Shown here in pieces: positions 62,488-64,000 of a DNA stretch of 64,000 bases. This DNA is from an uncultured Planctomycetaceae bacterium. GTDB lineage: Bacteria; Planctomycetota; Planctomycetia; Planctomycetales; Planctomycetaceae. How positions within the stretch are numbered: the stretch's first letter is position 1; each line of letters starts with the position of its first letter. The notes under the pieces are model-generated. The model made no database searches, was not told the DNA's origin, and saw only the letters and a list, made by a program, of their open reading frames with translations. The stretch is taken from the NCBI GenBank assembly GCA_963976765.1, contig CAXBME010000031.1:1-64000 (forward strand). Reading direction: 5' to 3'. The position numbers were made by a program, and so were the translations under genes.

Positions 62488-63369
62488 TCAGTCGTCCCAT
62501 GACGTGCTGAGGTCGTGTTCATCGCAAATCAGGAATACCCAGATGAATCCAGTATGCGGAATGGCAAAGTAGTGCTCGGTGGTTCCGGAGGAGAAACGAT
62601 CAGACTCAAGCCAGTATTCCGTGTCACCGTCTCCTGAGTGCTGGACGTATCTGCTCACTGGTGAGTTCTGTGCGACGAACCTCTGATAGCTCCGAGATCC
62701 GGCTGCATCGTCCCGGCGCACGCGATAGCAGCCGCGATCTCGCAGAGATTCTGAAACCCAGCCGAACTGGATTCTGCCTTCGAACGTTCCAATCGTTACA
62801 CAGGGGAAATCTGTGAGTTGCGCCCAACGCGCGAGCAATCCTGTCAATGAGACGTTAAACGTGCTGCGTATGTCCAGGATGGCCTGTGGTTCGGGGAAGT
62901 TCTCTTTGTTGATGTGTGGTTTGAGTAGTTGTCTCGGCATCAGCAGACCGGCGGCGAAGTGATCAGCTTGTTGCTCGATCAGCTTGTGAGACGAAAACTC
63001 GCTGAACGATTCATGAGGTTGCAGGTTACTAACCAGGTAAGCTCGATGGTCATCGAGGTAGTAGTGGCCCAGTTCGTGTGCAATTGAGAACAACACTCGG
63101 GAATGATGTTGACCGGTCCGGTGTCGCCAACGGTTGTACTTTGTGTTGTAGCAGAGCAGGAAGCGGTTACCGAGGTAGCGAATTCGACCATCAAAGGCGT
63201 TGCCGAAATCCTCACCGGCGGCGTAGATCAATCGACGCTCCGCATGCAGAATCTGGAAGACGTCGACCGGCGGACTGGTGAATCCGTGAGCAATGGCAGT
63301 TTCTTCTCCCTTTCGCATCGCGGCATTGCGCTCTTCGTAGAACTGTCGCCACTGTGCTTTACGATCCAT
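62488..63369 (-). CDS. ImmA/IrrE family metallopeptidase
   Basis: FSIAHELGH, EQQADHFAAGLLMP, FNVSL; C-terminal extension. Confidence 0.9.
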   Translation of the reverse strand: MDRKAQWRQFYEERNAAMRKGEETAIAHGFTSPPVDVFQILHAERRLIYAAGEDFGNAFDGRIRYLGNRFLLCYNTKYNRWRHRTGQHHSRVLFSIAHELGHYYLDDHRAYLVSNLQPHESFSEFSSHKLIEQQADHFAAGLLMPRQLLKPHINKENFPEPQAILDIRSTFNVSLTGLLARWAQLTDFPCVTIGTFEGRIQFGWVSESLRDRGCYRVRRDDAAGSRSYQRFVAQNSPVSRYVQHSGDGDTEYWLESDRFSSGTTEHYFAIPHTGFIWVFLICDEHDLSTSWDD

Positions 63370-63733
63370 CAGAGGAGCCCGTCGGTTCATCGTCTTCCTC
63401 TGGTTCCTCGGTCGCTTGGCGTTCGAGTTCACTAAGTCGTTCCACGATTTCTGGAGAGATCGGCTCGCCATCTGCGCGAAACATAGCGGCGAGTTCCTCG
63501 TTAACTTCAGCCGTTTCGTCTTCGTACGCGACGTTCTGCGCTACTTCATGGTCGAACAAATGTGTTCCGCGAATCTTTTGCAGCATCCGCTCTTGTTTGG
63601 CATGCGAAATCTCAACGTGCCCAAGGGCTTCGAGCATCGCATCTTCAGCCTGGGTTGTCCGGGGACGGAAGCCTTTGGGGACGAGCGCCCTTCGCAGTAG
63701 TCCGTCGAGCAACTTTTCGTCGCGGTCGCTCAT
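63359..63733 (-). CDS. Acidic hypothetical protein, putative anti-sigma / peptidase substrate
   Basis: Translationally coupled between the sigma-like and ImmA genes. Confidence 0.65.
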   Translation of the reverse strand: MSDRDEKLLDGLLRRALVPKGFRPRTTQAEDAMLEALGHVEISHAKQERMLQKIRGTHLFDHEVAQNVAYEDETAEVNEELAAMFRADGEPISPEIVERLSELERQATEEPEEDDEPTGSSDGS

Positions 63734-64000
63734 TGTCTTTGTTCCAGATAATTGAGGTCAAAACCGAGTTTCTTCAACTCGTCTCTGACGATTTTCGATG
63801 TCCGTGATTTGTTGACGCGAACGGTACCTGCCGGAATTGGCACTCCCTGGTTGTGCTTTTCTCCAAGCTGTTTACCTAGTTCTCCCGCGTCGATTTCAGT
63901 ACAGGCAAGTGCAAACGTCAACCAAATTTCGCGATGGACAGGTTTCAGTCGATCGAGGATTTTTTTCAGTGCTTCAAGAAGCTCAGGAAACTCACTCTCT
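63730..64000 (-). CDS. C-terminal part of a sigma70 region-4-like (ECF-like) protein, truncated by the window
   Basis: LKKILDRLKPVHREIWL..GTVRVNKSRTSKIVRDEL; frame open to the window edge. Confidence 0.6.
   Translation of the reverse strand, partial: ESEFPELLEALKKILDRLKPVHREIWLTFALACTEIDAGELGKQLGEKHNQGVPIPAGTVRVNKSRTSKIVRDELKKLGFDLNYLEQRQ

Larger units (their letters stand above)
62154..64000. mobile_element. Putative Tn7-like transposon inserted downstream of gyrB (one end plus cargo; continues beyond the window)
   Basis: TGT terminus 7 bp after the gyrB stop, followed by 3 TnsB-like sites; accessory-type cargo; tns genes not in the window. Confidence 0.6.

Noticed and set aside
62269..62502. 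77-aa ORF starting [15 protein letters not shown] as a second gyrB or a real gene
   Set aside because: Similarity stops after 15 residues and the rest looks non-coding; treated as a DNA/RNA-level copy

Overview
64 kb of a Planctomycete (Planctomycetaceae-like) chromosome, judged from PVC-type CxxCH, PPC, DUF1080 and PQQ-propeller proteins. Layout: (1) a Ni/Co ECF-type cbiM/cbiQ pair followed by a lipoprotein heavy-metal-associated (HMA) gene whose metal motif reads M-T-UGA-G-G-C with a SECIS-like hairpin, i.e. a probable selenoprotein; (2) a ~17 kb satellite/PICI-like element (2902-19821) integrated in a tRNA(CAU) gene. It carries an Hhe-like DUF4011 helicase-nuclease defence gene, membrane/Zn-ribbon cargo, excisionase, primase-helicase and a tyrosine integrase whose ORF runs through the att core, so its C-terminus would change on excision; (3) core genes, including a nitrogen cluster (sigma54 promoter-amtB, receiver-less sigma54 activator, two PII genes, glnD); (4) a likely oriC upstream of dnaN-dciA-gyrB with no adjacent dnaA; (5) 7 bp after the gyrB stop, a Tn7-like end (TGT + three TnsB-like sites). 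Behind it lies a 57-nt repeat-flanked, third-position-diverged copy of the gyrB 3' region (a candidate homing guide or target mimic) and a sigma/anti-sigma/ImmA-IrrE triad that runs off the window. All calls come from reading the sequence by eye; no searches were run.
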